Positions 1-7,686 of a stretch of 32,000 nt of DNA are shown here, piece after piece (within the stretch, counting starts at the first letter, position 1; each line of letters opens with the position of its first letter). The notes beneath the pieces were generated by a model. The model did not search any database, was not told the DNA's origin, and saw nothing but the letters and a program-made list of their open reading frames with translations. The stretch comes from an uncultured archaeon. GTDB lineage: Archaea > Iainarchaeota > Iainarchaeia > Iainarchaeales > 0-14-0-20-30-16. The translations under genes and the position numbers were made by a program. Location: NCBI GenBank assembly GCA_964565725.1, contig CAZMGA010000004.1:5954-37953 (forward strand). The letters are read 5' to 3'.

Positions 1-48
1 ATAATTAGTTCCATATAGATTAGTGCTTTTTTCAATATAAAAATTCAT
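1..48 (-). CDS. Partial ORF running off the window edge (MNFYIEKSTNLYGTNY...)
   Basis: Minus-strand ATG at 46..48, preceded by a GTGAG Shine-Dalgarno-like motif just downstream of the cdc6 stop codon; open to the window edge. Confidence 0.3.
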   Translation of the reverse strand, partial: MNFYIEKSTNLYGTNY

Positions 49-55
49 ATTCTCA

Positions 56-1255
56 CTAAAAATCAGTTTCTAAAATTTTTAAAGCTATATTTGAATCAAT
101 TGCCATTTTAATTAATGTTGTTGAACCTCTTACCCCTTTTCCAGATGTTGAAATTATTAAAAAACCATATGTGCTTAATTCATCTAAATACTGTTTAAAC
201 CATTTCATAGATACTGGTTGTTTACCTATATTTTTTATTTGTTTTACATATTCTAAATATGCATCTCCAGAATATATTACGTGTCCATCATCCAATAAGT
301 GTGTTGAAAATCTATTATTTTTTACCATGTTTGCAATTGCAAATAAAACTATTTTAATTTGTTCTGGCAATGTAGATAACATATCCACAATTATTTCTAT
401 TTCTACTTGTTTTTTTGCTTCTTTAATTTCTAAGTCTGTAATCTTAAAAGTATTTTTTTTATCTGCTAATTCTCCTGCGCTTTCTAATAACAATAAAGCA
501 GTTCTTGCGTCTCCTGATTCTTGTGCTGCATATGCTGCTGCTAAAGATATTGCGCTTTCTTCAACAGAATTTTCTATAAATCCTAAAGGTATTCTTTGTT
601 TTAATATTTCTTTTAATTCTTGTGCATTGTATGGTGGAAATATTAATTCTTTTTTGCACAATCCAGATTTTGTTCTTGTATCTAATTCGTCTTTAAATAA
701 AACATTATTAGATATTCCTATTATGGTTGTGCCACCTTTTTTTAATTCATCATTTAATCTAACAATAGAATATATTGTATCATTGGCATCTTTAATTAAA
801 TCTATTTCATCTAAAACAATCATTAAGAATAAATTATTTTTTTCAATTTCTTTTACTATATTGTCATAAATAAAACTTGCAGAATAACCAAAATAACTTT
901 TAGGGAATAATTTGTCTGCAATTTTTAATAATACTTTGTATTTTGAATTATAAGTTCTACAATTTAAATAAACAGTTAATAGTTTTTGTTCTAATTCGCT
1001 TTCATTTTGTATTTCTTGCATTTTTGCTAATACTTTATTAATTGTTGATGTTTTTCCTGTTCCACATTTACCATAGATAAATATATTATTTGGTTTATTT
1101 CCTTGTAATGCTGGTGCCAAATTTATTATTATTTCTTGAATTTGTTGTTCTCTAAATGGCAAAGTATCTGGAACATAATGTGGTGAAATTAAATCTTTAT
1201 TTTTAAAAACACTCTTTTTATTTATCTCTTTTCTAAACATTTCCTTTATGTCCAT
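56..1255 (-). CDS. cdc6: Orc1/Cdc6-type replication initiator (AAA+ ATPase)
   Basis: Walker A (IYGKCGTGKTSTINKVL), Walker B (LMIVLDEIDLI), sensor region and 'GDARTALLLLESAGELA' typical of archaeal Orc1/Cdc6, plus a winged-helix C-terminus. Confidence 0.95.
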   Translation of the reverse strand: MDIKEMFRKEINKKSVFKNKDLISPHYVPDTLPFREQQIQEIIINLAPALQGNKPNNIFIYGKCGTGKTSTINKVLAKMQEIQNESELEQKLLTVYLNCRTYNSKYKVLLKIADKLFPKSYFGYSASFIYDNIVKEIEKNNLFLMIVLDEIDLIKDANDTIYSIVRLNDELKKGGTTIIGISNNVLFKDELDTRTKSGLCKKELIFPPYNAQELKEILKQRIPLGFIENSVEESAISLAAAYAAQESGDARTALLLLESAGELADKKNTFKITDLEIKEAKKQVEIEIIVDMLSTLPEQIKIVLFAIANMVKNNRFSTHLLDDGHVIYSGDAYLEYVKQIKNIGKQPVSMKWFKQYLDELSTYGFLIISTSGKGVRGSTTLIKMAIDSNIALKILETDF

Positions 1256-1327
1256 ATATATAACCTAAAACAAAAAATATATAAAGTAATAGGAAAACTT
1301 TTTTAAATTGGTTTACTTCTTATATTA

Positions 1328-1792
1328 ATGTTGAAAAAATATAAGGATATTATAAAATTATTTTTTAATGTTTGTATTAGTTTAACTATATTTTATATTT
1401 TAAGTTTTTTTATAAAATTACAATATCCTATAGTAAAATTATTCAATTATTTTAAATTAGTTGATTCTTTTGGGGTTGCAAATATAAATAATAATATAAT
1501 AATTATAGATTCCCAATGTTCTGGTTTTTTTTCGATTTTTGTTTTTATAACTGTAATATTAAGTCCTTTAACAAATTTGAACAAAAAACAAAAATTAATT
1601 TATTGTATTTTAGGTTCATTAATATTATATTTGACAAATATTTTGCGATTATCAATTTTTTTCATATTCCCTAATTATTTTGACTTAGTTCATTTTTTAG
1701 GTTGGATTTTAATGTCTTTTTTAATTTTAATATTATGGTATATTGCAAACAAAACTAAAAGAATTATACCAAATCAACATAATTCCTTATAA
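1328..1792 (+). CDS. Compact archaeosortase/exosortase-family transmembrane protein
   Basis: Multi-pass hydrophobic protein with the family motif order: Cys (DSQCSGFFS), Arg (NILRLS), His (DLVHFLGW). Confidence 0.75.
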   Translation: MLKKYKDIIKLFFNVCISLTIFYILSFFIKLQYPIVKLFNYFKLVDSFGVANINNNIIIIDSQCSGFFSIFVFITVILSPLTNLNKKQKLIYCILGSLILYLTNILRLSIFFIFPNYFDLVHFLGWILMSFLILILWYIANKTKRIIPNQHNSL

Positions 1793-1832
1793 AACCTTGG
1801 TGCTAATATATTTATTATATATAGGTGATTTT

Positions 1833-2078
1833 ATACCAATAAAGAAACCATTAACTTATAAAAAGACAGTAAAGGGCAAAGAAATAACTAAATTATCAAA
1901 ATCTTCTACCCATAAGGAAGTAAAAAAAGCAAGACAAAATATTACGAGCGAACAAGTATCTAGTATTTTGACAGAATCAAAATTAATAGGTAAACAAGTT
2001 GTTCGTTTATTATTATCAAAAGGATTAGATGCAAGACAATTAAAATTAAGAGGTATTTTATCACATATTTTAAAATAA
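1833..2078 (+). CDS. 5' part of a decapeptide-repeat protein; probable AUA start at 1833 (ORF track opens it at 1743)
   Basis: AGGTGAT at 1823..1829 sits 3 nt before in-frame ATA 1833, the same spacing as AGGTGAT-GTT-ATG of the NDK gene. The C-terminus already shows repeat-like units (VRLLLSKGLD, ARQLKLRGIL). Confidence 0.45.
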   Translation: MPIKKPLTYKKTVKGKEITKLSKSSTHKEVKKARQNITSEQVSSILTESKLIGKQVVRLLLSKGLDARQLKLRGILSHILK

Positions 2079-2093
2079 AAATTAAACTTATCT

Positions 2094-2393
2094 GTGAAAG
2101 ATTTAGAATCTATTGGTTATAATATTAATGATATACTTTTTGCAGGTTATGCTCCTATTCAATTAAAATCTTCTGGTTATGGTGTTAAGAAGTTAAAATA
2201 TCTTGGTTTTGATGCAAGAAAAGTAATGAGTTATGGTTATAGTTTAAGTAATTTAAGATCTCTTGGTTTTAATGTTAAAGACTTAATCTCTGTTGGTTAT
2301 AGTCCAAAAGAATTATTATCTGCTGGTTTAAGTGTTAGAGACTTAATCTCTAGTGGTGTTTCTCAAGCCGAAGTAATTAGAATAATTGCAGAA
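2094..2393 (+). repeat. Ten consecutive coding repeats of 30 nt (10 aa, consensus [VAP]xxLxSxG[YF][SN])
   Basis: Units begin at 2094, 2124, 2154, 2184, 2214, 2244, 2274, 2304, 2334 and 2364. Gly is at position 8 in the first nine; the last unit is degenerate. Confidence 0.9.
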
Positions 2394-2408
2394 TTAAAGA
2401 AAAAATGA
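2094..2408 (+). CDS. 3' part of the decapeptide-repeat protein, same frame as the upstream ORF, separated by one TAA
   Basis: 104 aa made of ten 10-aa units (VKDLISVGYS/PKELLSAGLS/VRDLISSGVS...). The first codon is GTG with no visible ribosome binding site and falls inside the repeat. Confidence 0.5.
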   Translation: MKDLESIGYNINDILFAGYAPIQLKSSGYGVKKLKYLGFDARKVMSYGYSLSNLRSLGFNVKDLISVGYSPKELLSAGLSVRDLISSGVSQAEVIRIIAELKKK

Positions 2409-2454
2409 AATCTATTTTTTAATTTTAATATTATTTTTTTTAGTAAATAATAAT

Positions 2455-2835
2455 TTAAAAACAAATTTTAATATCCAATTCTTTTTTAATAAAATTTTCA
2501 TATATAAAAACATTTTTTCTAATACAATTTTTTTTATTTGTAATTTTTTTTAAAGAGAAAAAATCTTTTTTTATTTCATAATCTACATTAGGGATAAATT
2601 TTATTATTATTGTTTCAATATCGTAAATATTAGTTATGTTTTCACTTAATATTACATTGTACAAATCCTGTGCTTTAAAATAGTAAGATACATTTTCATA
2701 TTTTTGATTTAAGTTTATTTTTTCCAAACCTATTAAAAAGCTTATTAATAGAATTATTAAAAGTAAACATTCAAATATAAAAAATAATCCTTTATTTGCA
2801 AAATGTGAATTTTGCAATTGCTGTTTCGCTTTCAT
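2455..2835 (-). CDS. Prepilin-like small secreted/membrane-anchored protein
   Basis: Short N-terminus with NKG then a hydrophobic helix (NKGLFFIFECLLLIILLISFLIG); tail overlaps the neighbouring prepilin-like ORF. Confidence 0.5.
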   Translation of the reverse strand: MKAKQQLQNSHFANKGLFFIFECLLLIILLISFLIGLEKINLNQKYENVSYYFKAQDLYNVILSENITNIYDIETIIIKFIPNVDYEIKKDFFSLKKITNKKNCIRKNVFIYENFIKKELDIKICF

Positions 2836-3172
2836 AAACTACTAACCTCGTTATTATTGTTTTATTACAATTTATTGATCCCAAAGACAGTTTTAAATTA
2901 TTTTGTAGATCATATATTCTTATTTCTTTTATTGGTTCTTTTAATTTTATGTTTTCAATATTATTTGTTAAAGTTATATTACTTCTAATTTTGGCAAAAC
3001 CAACACCTTCGGGATTGTTTTTAGATGTTGCATTTTCAGTAATTGTTATTTGTTCTAAAAAATTAGAAAATTGATTTTCTTGAACTTTTATCGTAGTGAA
3101 TAAGATTATAAATCCTAAAATAATAGTAATAATTATTATCGGTAAATCTAATATAGTTTGACCTTTATTCAT
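2792..3172 (-). CDS. Prepilin-like protein with class III-type signal (MNKGQTILDLPIIIITIILG)
   Basis: KGQ motif followed directly by a hydrophobic segment, then a hydrophilic C-terminal domain. Confidence 0.6.
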   Translation of the reverse strand: MNKGQTILDLPIIIITIILGFIILFTTIKVQENQFSNFLEQITITENATSKNNPEGVGFAKIRSNITLTNNIENIKLKEPIKEIRIYDLQNNLKLSLGSINCNKTIITRLVVYESETAIAKFTFCK

Positions 3173-3410
3173 AATGTCTCCTTATATGTATGTCATTATT
3201 ATCTACAAATGGTCCAAATATGTTTTCTTTTATATAACCTTTATTAAAACTATTTTCTATATTTTTGAAATAATTGTTTTCATTAGTTATTTTATTGTTA
3301 TATTCTATCTTATAATTATTAAAATTATTTAAATTCATTAAAAATAAAGACAATAAAGTTAATATTGCAAAAAGTATTAATAATAAGAACAAAGATATTT
3401 GCCCTTTCAA
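3165..3410 (-). CDS. Prepilin-like protein (MKGQISLFLLLILFAILTLL)
   Basis: KGQ motif plus N-terminal hydrophobic helix; overlaps its neighbours as in an operon. Confidence 0.6.
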   Translation of the reverse strand: MKGQISLFLLLILFAILTLLSLFLMNLNNFNNYKIEYNNKITNENNYFKNIENSFNKGYIKENIFGPFVDNNDIHIRRHYE

Positions 3411-3877
3411 ATTATCACCACATTTTCAATTGAAAAATTCTTAGGTATTTCTATACTTATAGATTTATTATTTTTTATAATCGTTTTAGATTTTTTGTTT
3501 ATTATAGAATATTTATAGTAAATACAATCTAATTCACCACAAGGAATTATTTCTACTAATAAGTTTGTTTCTGTTGATAATATTAAAGGAAAATTAAAAT
3601 CATTTAATATATTATTTGTATATAGATCTATATTTGGTTTTAATTCCTCTATATTTTGATTAGTTTTTACTTTCAAATCAAGATATTGTTTTAAATTATT
3701 GTAAAAATTATACTCAAAATTAGTTCTATCATAAACTAAATCTTTTGAAGTAATAATTTCATTAATTAATTTATTTTCTTCTAAATATTTTGAAATGTTT
3801 AACGAAAAAATAGCTAACACAAATAATAGTATAATTGTAATTATAGTTGTTGTGATAAATCCTTTACTGTTCATCAT
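3407..3877 (-). CDS. Prepilin-like protein (MMNSKGFITTTIITIILLFVLAIF)
   Basis: The track ORF extends to 3943, but the internal ATG at 3875..3877 puts SKG directly before the hydrophobic helix, so it is the likelier start. Confidence 0.55.
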   Translation of the reverse strand: MMNSKGFITTTIITIILLFVLAIFSLNISKYLEENKLINEIITSKDLVYDRTNFEYNFYNNLKQYLDLKVKTNQNIEELKPNIDLYTNNILNDFNFPLILSTETNLLVEIIPCGELDCIYYKYSIINKKSKTIIKNNKSISIEIPKNFSIENVVII

Positions 3878-4694
3878 AATCAAAAGCATTAAAACAAAAT
3901 TTAATTTCTCTAATTTCTTTTCCTTCTGGTTTATATTTTTCAAAAATTTTATTATCTAATTCCAAATAATCATCAAATTTTTCAGAATTATAAAAATCAA
4001 ATATTAAGGTTTTATATTTGTATTTTGTCTTGACAAAATAATTTGTACTAAAATCACTCATTTCTGCAACACAAACTTTGGCATTAAAATCTCCTAATTT
4101 GTGCATTATTGCACATGTTAAAATGCATATATCTAATTGATTACCGGTTTTTAATTTTAATATTTCTTCAGAACCTAATAAATAATTAAATGATTTTTGA
4201 GTTAATATTATAAAATTATCTTCTAATAAAGAATACCAATTTTCTATTGCTTGTAAGTAATTATTTTCATAAGAATATGGTTTTGGAGTAATATTTTCAT
4301 AAATCATGTCAAAATCTATATTTTCATATTTTATTAAACTTTTTAATTCTTCTGAGTTTTTGTTTATTATAATATTATTTAAATTTTTTTCTAAAATGTA
4401 CTTTAAATAGTCATTAAAAGCTTTATCTTCTTTATTTTTTTTAATTTCTTTATTTAACTTTTTAGTCATTTCTTCAAGTCTAAATTTTAATTTTGCAGGA
4501 TTATTTTCATATATTTCTTGAAGTTCTTTATTATATTTATTTAGTTGAACTAAAAGTTTATCTTTTATAGTTTGATTTTGTTCTTTATTAAGCTCTTTTT
4601 GAATTTTGTTTATTTTTGTTAATAACTTTTGTTCTAAATTAGGAATTTCATTTTTAAAAATTTGTTTTGATAACTTGGCTAATAATTTAGTCAT
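3864..4694 (-). CDS. Coiled-coil plus transglutaminase-like fold protein, possibly lacking the canonical catalytic Cys
   Basis: Lys-rich coiled-coil N-terminus; 'TGNQLDICILTCAIMHKLGDFNAKVCVAEMSDF...YKYKTLIFDFY' resembles the transglutaminase-like core GxCxDxAxLLxALLRxLGIPAR. Confidence 0.4.
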   Translation of the reverse strand: MTKLLAKLSKQIFKNEIPNLEQKLLTKINKIQKELNKEQNQTIKDKLLVQLNKYNKELQEIYENNPAKLKFRLEEMTKKLNKEIKKNKEDKAFNDYLKYILEKNLNNIIINKNSEELKSLIKYENIDFDMIYENITPKPYSYENNYLQAIENWYSLLEDNFIILTQKSFNYLLGSEEILKLKTGNQLDICILTCAIMHKLGDFNAKVCVAEMSDFSTNYFVKTKYKYKTLIFDFYNSEKFDDYLELDNKIFEKYKPEGKEIREIKFCFNAFDYDEQ

Positions 4695-4728
4695 ATTAGA
4701 ATACAGTTTAAGTTATATTTATTTATTT

Positions 4729-6333
4729 CTATACTTTTAAAAAATCTTTTTTCATTCTTTTTAGTTCTTCTCTATCAAAATTAATTGTATTAAAATTGAC
4801 TTTTTCTGAATTCATGTTTGTTAAAGATTTAATACTTTTTTTTACTTCTTTTATAAATTGTGTTTTATTAAATTTAAATTCCGAATATAATTTATTGTTT
4901 TTTTCAAAAGTATTTTTATGTTTTCTTTTAAAAGCTTTTGAATTTTTAGTGTCTTTTATAAATGGACCATTAATAATGTCTTTAAAATTTGTTTCTAAAA
5001 TTATATATCCTTTATTGTTAAAATAAATTCCAGAATAGTTTTCAATTTTGTAATGTTTTGTGTTTAAATCATTAGATATTTTTTTAGTTATACTTTTTAT
5101 TATACCCCAGTTAGAATCAAACGTTTTACCATTTATATTTAATTTAAAACAAAATATATTTTTCAAATTATTTTCATAGATATCACTAAAAAAATATTTT
5201 TGACTTGGTTTTATTAAGTATTCTTTTGCTAATTTTTCAAATATTAACCAATTTTTTTTAGAAACTGCTGATGCTACATTTCTGTTTTTGTCTGTAGGGT
5301 CTAAAAAAACTAAATAATCATCAAACTTCTTTTTTTTATTATTCTTCAAAATTGTTAAATATTTATTTTCATTTAAATTAGACATATTTTTTAACACATT
5401 CTCAAACGTTTTGAACTTTAATATAAATAATTCAGTTAAATATCCTGAAAAACCATTATTTTTTTGATCTGCTCCATATAATAAATTATTTTTCAAAAAT
5501 TGTTTTAATAATATTATTTGTTTTTTACTATCTTCATTTTGGTGTTTATTTAAAAATTTTAGATGTAAAGGAGTTCTGTCAACACTTGATTTTTTATCCT
5601 TAATATTTTTAATATAAAATCCTGGTACGAAATCTATAGCATGATTTTCAATTATTGCTTTTAAATAAGGGTGTTCCCCGTATTCTTCTACAAAATTTAC
5701 TTTTGGATATGCCTTTCTTAAAAGAGTTTCATTATATTTTTTTACATCTTCAATTGATACTTTTAAATCATATAAACAAAAAATATCTAAATCTTTTTTA
5801 TTGTGTAAAAAAGTTCCTCTTGCAGAGGATCCTGCTAAAATAATTTTTTTAATTGGCAATTTCATTTTTTTTGCTTCTTTATTTAATTTTGAAATTATAT
5901 TTTTGCTTAATTTATTTATTGCTAATAATTCTTCTTTTGTGGGCTTTATTTTATTATATACTTTGTCTAAAAAATTATTATCTGATTTTATATCATAAGC
6001 TATACTTTTAATTTCAATTTTAAAATCCCTTGCTGTTTTTCTCATCATAAAATCATCTGTATGTAATTCTGCATTTAATTCATACGCTAATGCTAATACT
6101 TCTATATCTGTAAAAGATAATTGTTTTGAACATTTTTTCTTAATTATATTTATTGTATCTTTTTTAGGGTCTTGTACTTTTATTTTTGCATTATAAATTA
6201 AATTTTCAAAAATTGATTTTTGATTATTATTCAATATTTCGCTTATTACTGAGTTGGTAGTATATACATAATTTAAATCGTCAAAATAAAATCTATTTAA
6301 AAAAGCTGAACTATCAAAAACAATTTTTTTCAT
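4729..6333 (-). CDS. cca: PIN domain (Nob1-like) fused to archaeal CCA-adding enzyme
   Basis: N-term ~115 aa: VFDSSAF, VISEI, LSFTDIEVLALAYELNA, HTDDFMMRKTA (PIN acidic residues). C-term: class I nucleotidyltransferase GSSARGT...KDLDIF plus a third Asp in HAIDFVPGFYI and the archaeal CCA body (HLKFLNKHQ...QIILLKQFLKNNLLYGAD). Confidence 0.88.
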   Translation of the reverse strand: MKKIVFDSSAFLNRFYFDDLNYVYTTNSVISEILNNNQKSIFENLIYNAKIKVQDPKKDTINIIKKKCSKQLSFTDIEVLALAYELNAELHTDDFMMRKTARDFKIEIKSIAYDIKSDNNFLDKVYNKIKPTKEELLAINKLSKNIISKLNKEAKKMKLPIKKIILAGSSARGTFLHNKKDLDIFCLYDLKVSIEDVKKYNETLLRKAYPKVNFVEEYGEHPYLKAIIENHAIDFVPGFYIKNIKDKKSSVDRTPLHLKFLNKHQNEDSKKQIILLKQFLKNNLLYGADQKNNGFSGYLTELFILKFKTFENVLKNMSNLNENKYLTILKNNKKKKFDDYLVFLDPTDKNRNVASAVSKKNWLIFEKLAKEYLIKPSQKYFFSDIYENNLKNIFCFKLNINGKTFDSNWGIIKSITKKISNDLNTKHYKIENYSGIYFNNKGYIILETNFKDIINGPFIKDTKNSKAFKRKHKNTFEKNNKLYSEFKFNKTQFIKEVKKSIKSLTNMNSEKVNFNTINFDREELKRMKKDFLKV

Positions 6334-6380
6334 AATAATATATAATATATAGTTTTAAATTTATACTTTTATATATATTT

Positions 6381-7292
6381 ATGGTTTTTAATGCAAGATT
6401 ATTAGGAATTAGTAGTTCTATACCTTTAAAAGATAGAAATCACACCTCTTTAGCGATAAGGTTTGATGGAGATGTAATTTTATTTGACTGTGGAGAAGGT
6501 ATTCAACAACAGTTTATGAAAAGTAAATTAAGTTTTATGGACATTAATGCTATATTTATTACTCATTTTCATGCTGATCATTTTTTAGGTTTGCCCGGTT
6601 TATTGGCTACTATGTCTTTACATAAAAGAACTATTCCAATTAAAATTTTTGGGCCTGTAGGAATTAAAGAAAGAGTAGAATCAATATTAAAATCTTTTAC
6701 TATAGAATTATTTTATGATTTAGAATTTTTTGAATTATTTGAAGGAAAAGTTTATGAAACAAAAAATTATGAAGTTTACGCTAAAAAAATGAATCATCAA
6801 ATTTTAAATTATGGTTTTGTTTTTAAAGAAAAAGATAAAGTAGGTACATTTTCTAAAGTTAAAGCATTAAAGTTAGGAATTCCTGAAGGTCCTTTATTTT
6901 CTGAATTACAAAATGGTAAAACAATAATTTTTAATAAAAAAGAAATAAAACCTTTAGATGTAATGGATTATTCTTTAAATAAAAAAGGTTTATCTTTAGG
7001 TTATATTGTGGATTGTAATGATAAAGGTTATGAAAATTTTATTAAAGATTTAGATATATTATTTCACGAAACTACCTTTATGAAAAAAGACTCTTTACAA
7101 GCAAAAAAAACATTACATTCTATAACTACTGATGTTGCAAAAATAGCTAAAGATTCAAATGTTAAAAATTTAATTATTATGAATTTCAGTGCAAGATATA
7201 CTAATTTAGAAGAAGTATTGTATGAAGTTCAAAATATTTATGATAAAGCTGAAATTGGGGAAGAATTAAAAATATATGAAATAAAAAAGTGA
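6381..7292 (+). CDS. rnz: Ribonuclease Z (tRNA 3' endonuclease)
   Basis: THFHADHFLGLPGLLATM metallo-beta-lactamase motif, DCGEGIQQQ, later His (HETTF, HSITTD). Confidence 0.93.
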   Translation: MVFNARLLGISSSIPLKDRNHTSLAIRFDGDVILFDCGEGIQQQFMKSKLSFMDINAIFITHFHADHFLGLPGLLATMSLHKRTIPIKIFGPVGIKERVESILKSFTIELFYDLEFFELFEGKVYETKNYEVYAKKMNHQILNYGFVFKEKDKVGTFSKVKALKLGIPEGPLFSELQNGKTIIFNKKEIKPLDVMDYSLNKKGLSLGYIVDCNDKGYENFIKDLDILFHETTFMKKDSLQAKKTLHSITTDVAKIAKDSNVKNLIIMNFSARYTNLEEVLYEVQNIYDKAEIGEELKIYEIKK

Positions 7293-7678
7293 TGTTTATG
7301 TTAATTATATTTGATTATTTTGATGTTATATCTGAAAACTACAATAATTATAAATTTCAAACGTTATTAGATAAGTTATCTAAAAAAAATGATTTGGTTA
7401 TTTTAACAAATAGTGGAAAAAATTTTAGAGTAATGTTTGAAAGATTATTAATAAATAAATATTTTAAAAAATTATATATTTCTGGAGAAAATAATTTTAT
7501 TAAGCCATCATTTGAAAGTTTTAATAATGTTTTAAAAGATTATAAAATTGATCCTAAAAATTGTTTGTTTATAGACAACACTTATAGCAATTTTAAAAAT
7601 TCTAAAATTTTGGGTATTAATAGTATACTTTATTCTAATTTAGAAAATCTAGAAAACGATTTAAAAAAATATTTTTAG
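7289..7678 (+). CDS. Small HAD-superfamily-like protein with degenerate motif I
   Basis: IIFDYFDVI, VILTNSGK, FIKPSFESFNNVL, CLFIDNTYSNFKNSKILGI in HAD motif order. Confidence 0.7.
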   Translation: MMFMLIIFDYFDVISENYNNYKFQTLLDKLSKKNDLVILTNSGKNFRVMFERLLINKYFKKLYISGENNFIKPSFESFNNVLKDYKIDPKNCLFIDNTYSNFKNSKILGINSILYSNLENLENDLKKYF

Positions 7679-7686
7679 GAATTAAA

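Noticed and set aside
171-869. 232-aa plus-strand ORF inside cdc6
   Set aside because: Antisense shadow of a confidently identified gene, Ser/Ile-rich with no recognisable motifs.
1256-1327. Possible replication origin next to cdc6
   Set aside because: The short upstream gap has no visible ORB-like inverted repeats or mini-ORB arrays. An AT-rich stretch alone is not evidence at this composition. GC-skew analysis would be needed.
2094-2393. CRISPR or DNA-level tandem repeat interpretation of the 30-nt periodicity
   Set aside because: Units are divergent at the nucleotide level, have no spacers and conserve protein positions, so this is a coding repeat.
4796-5998. Three plus-strand ORFs (4796..5026, 5655..5843, 5801..5998)
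   Set aside because: All antisense to the PIN-CCA ORF; hydrophobic low-complexity shadows.
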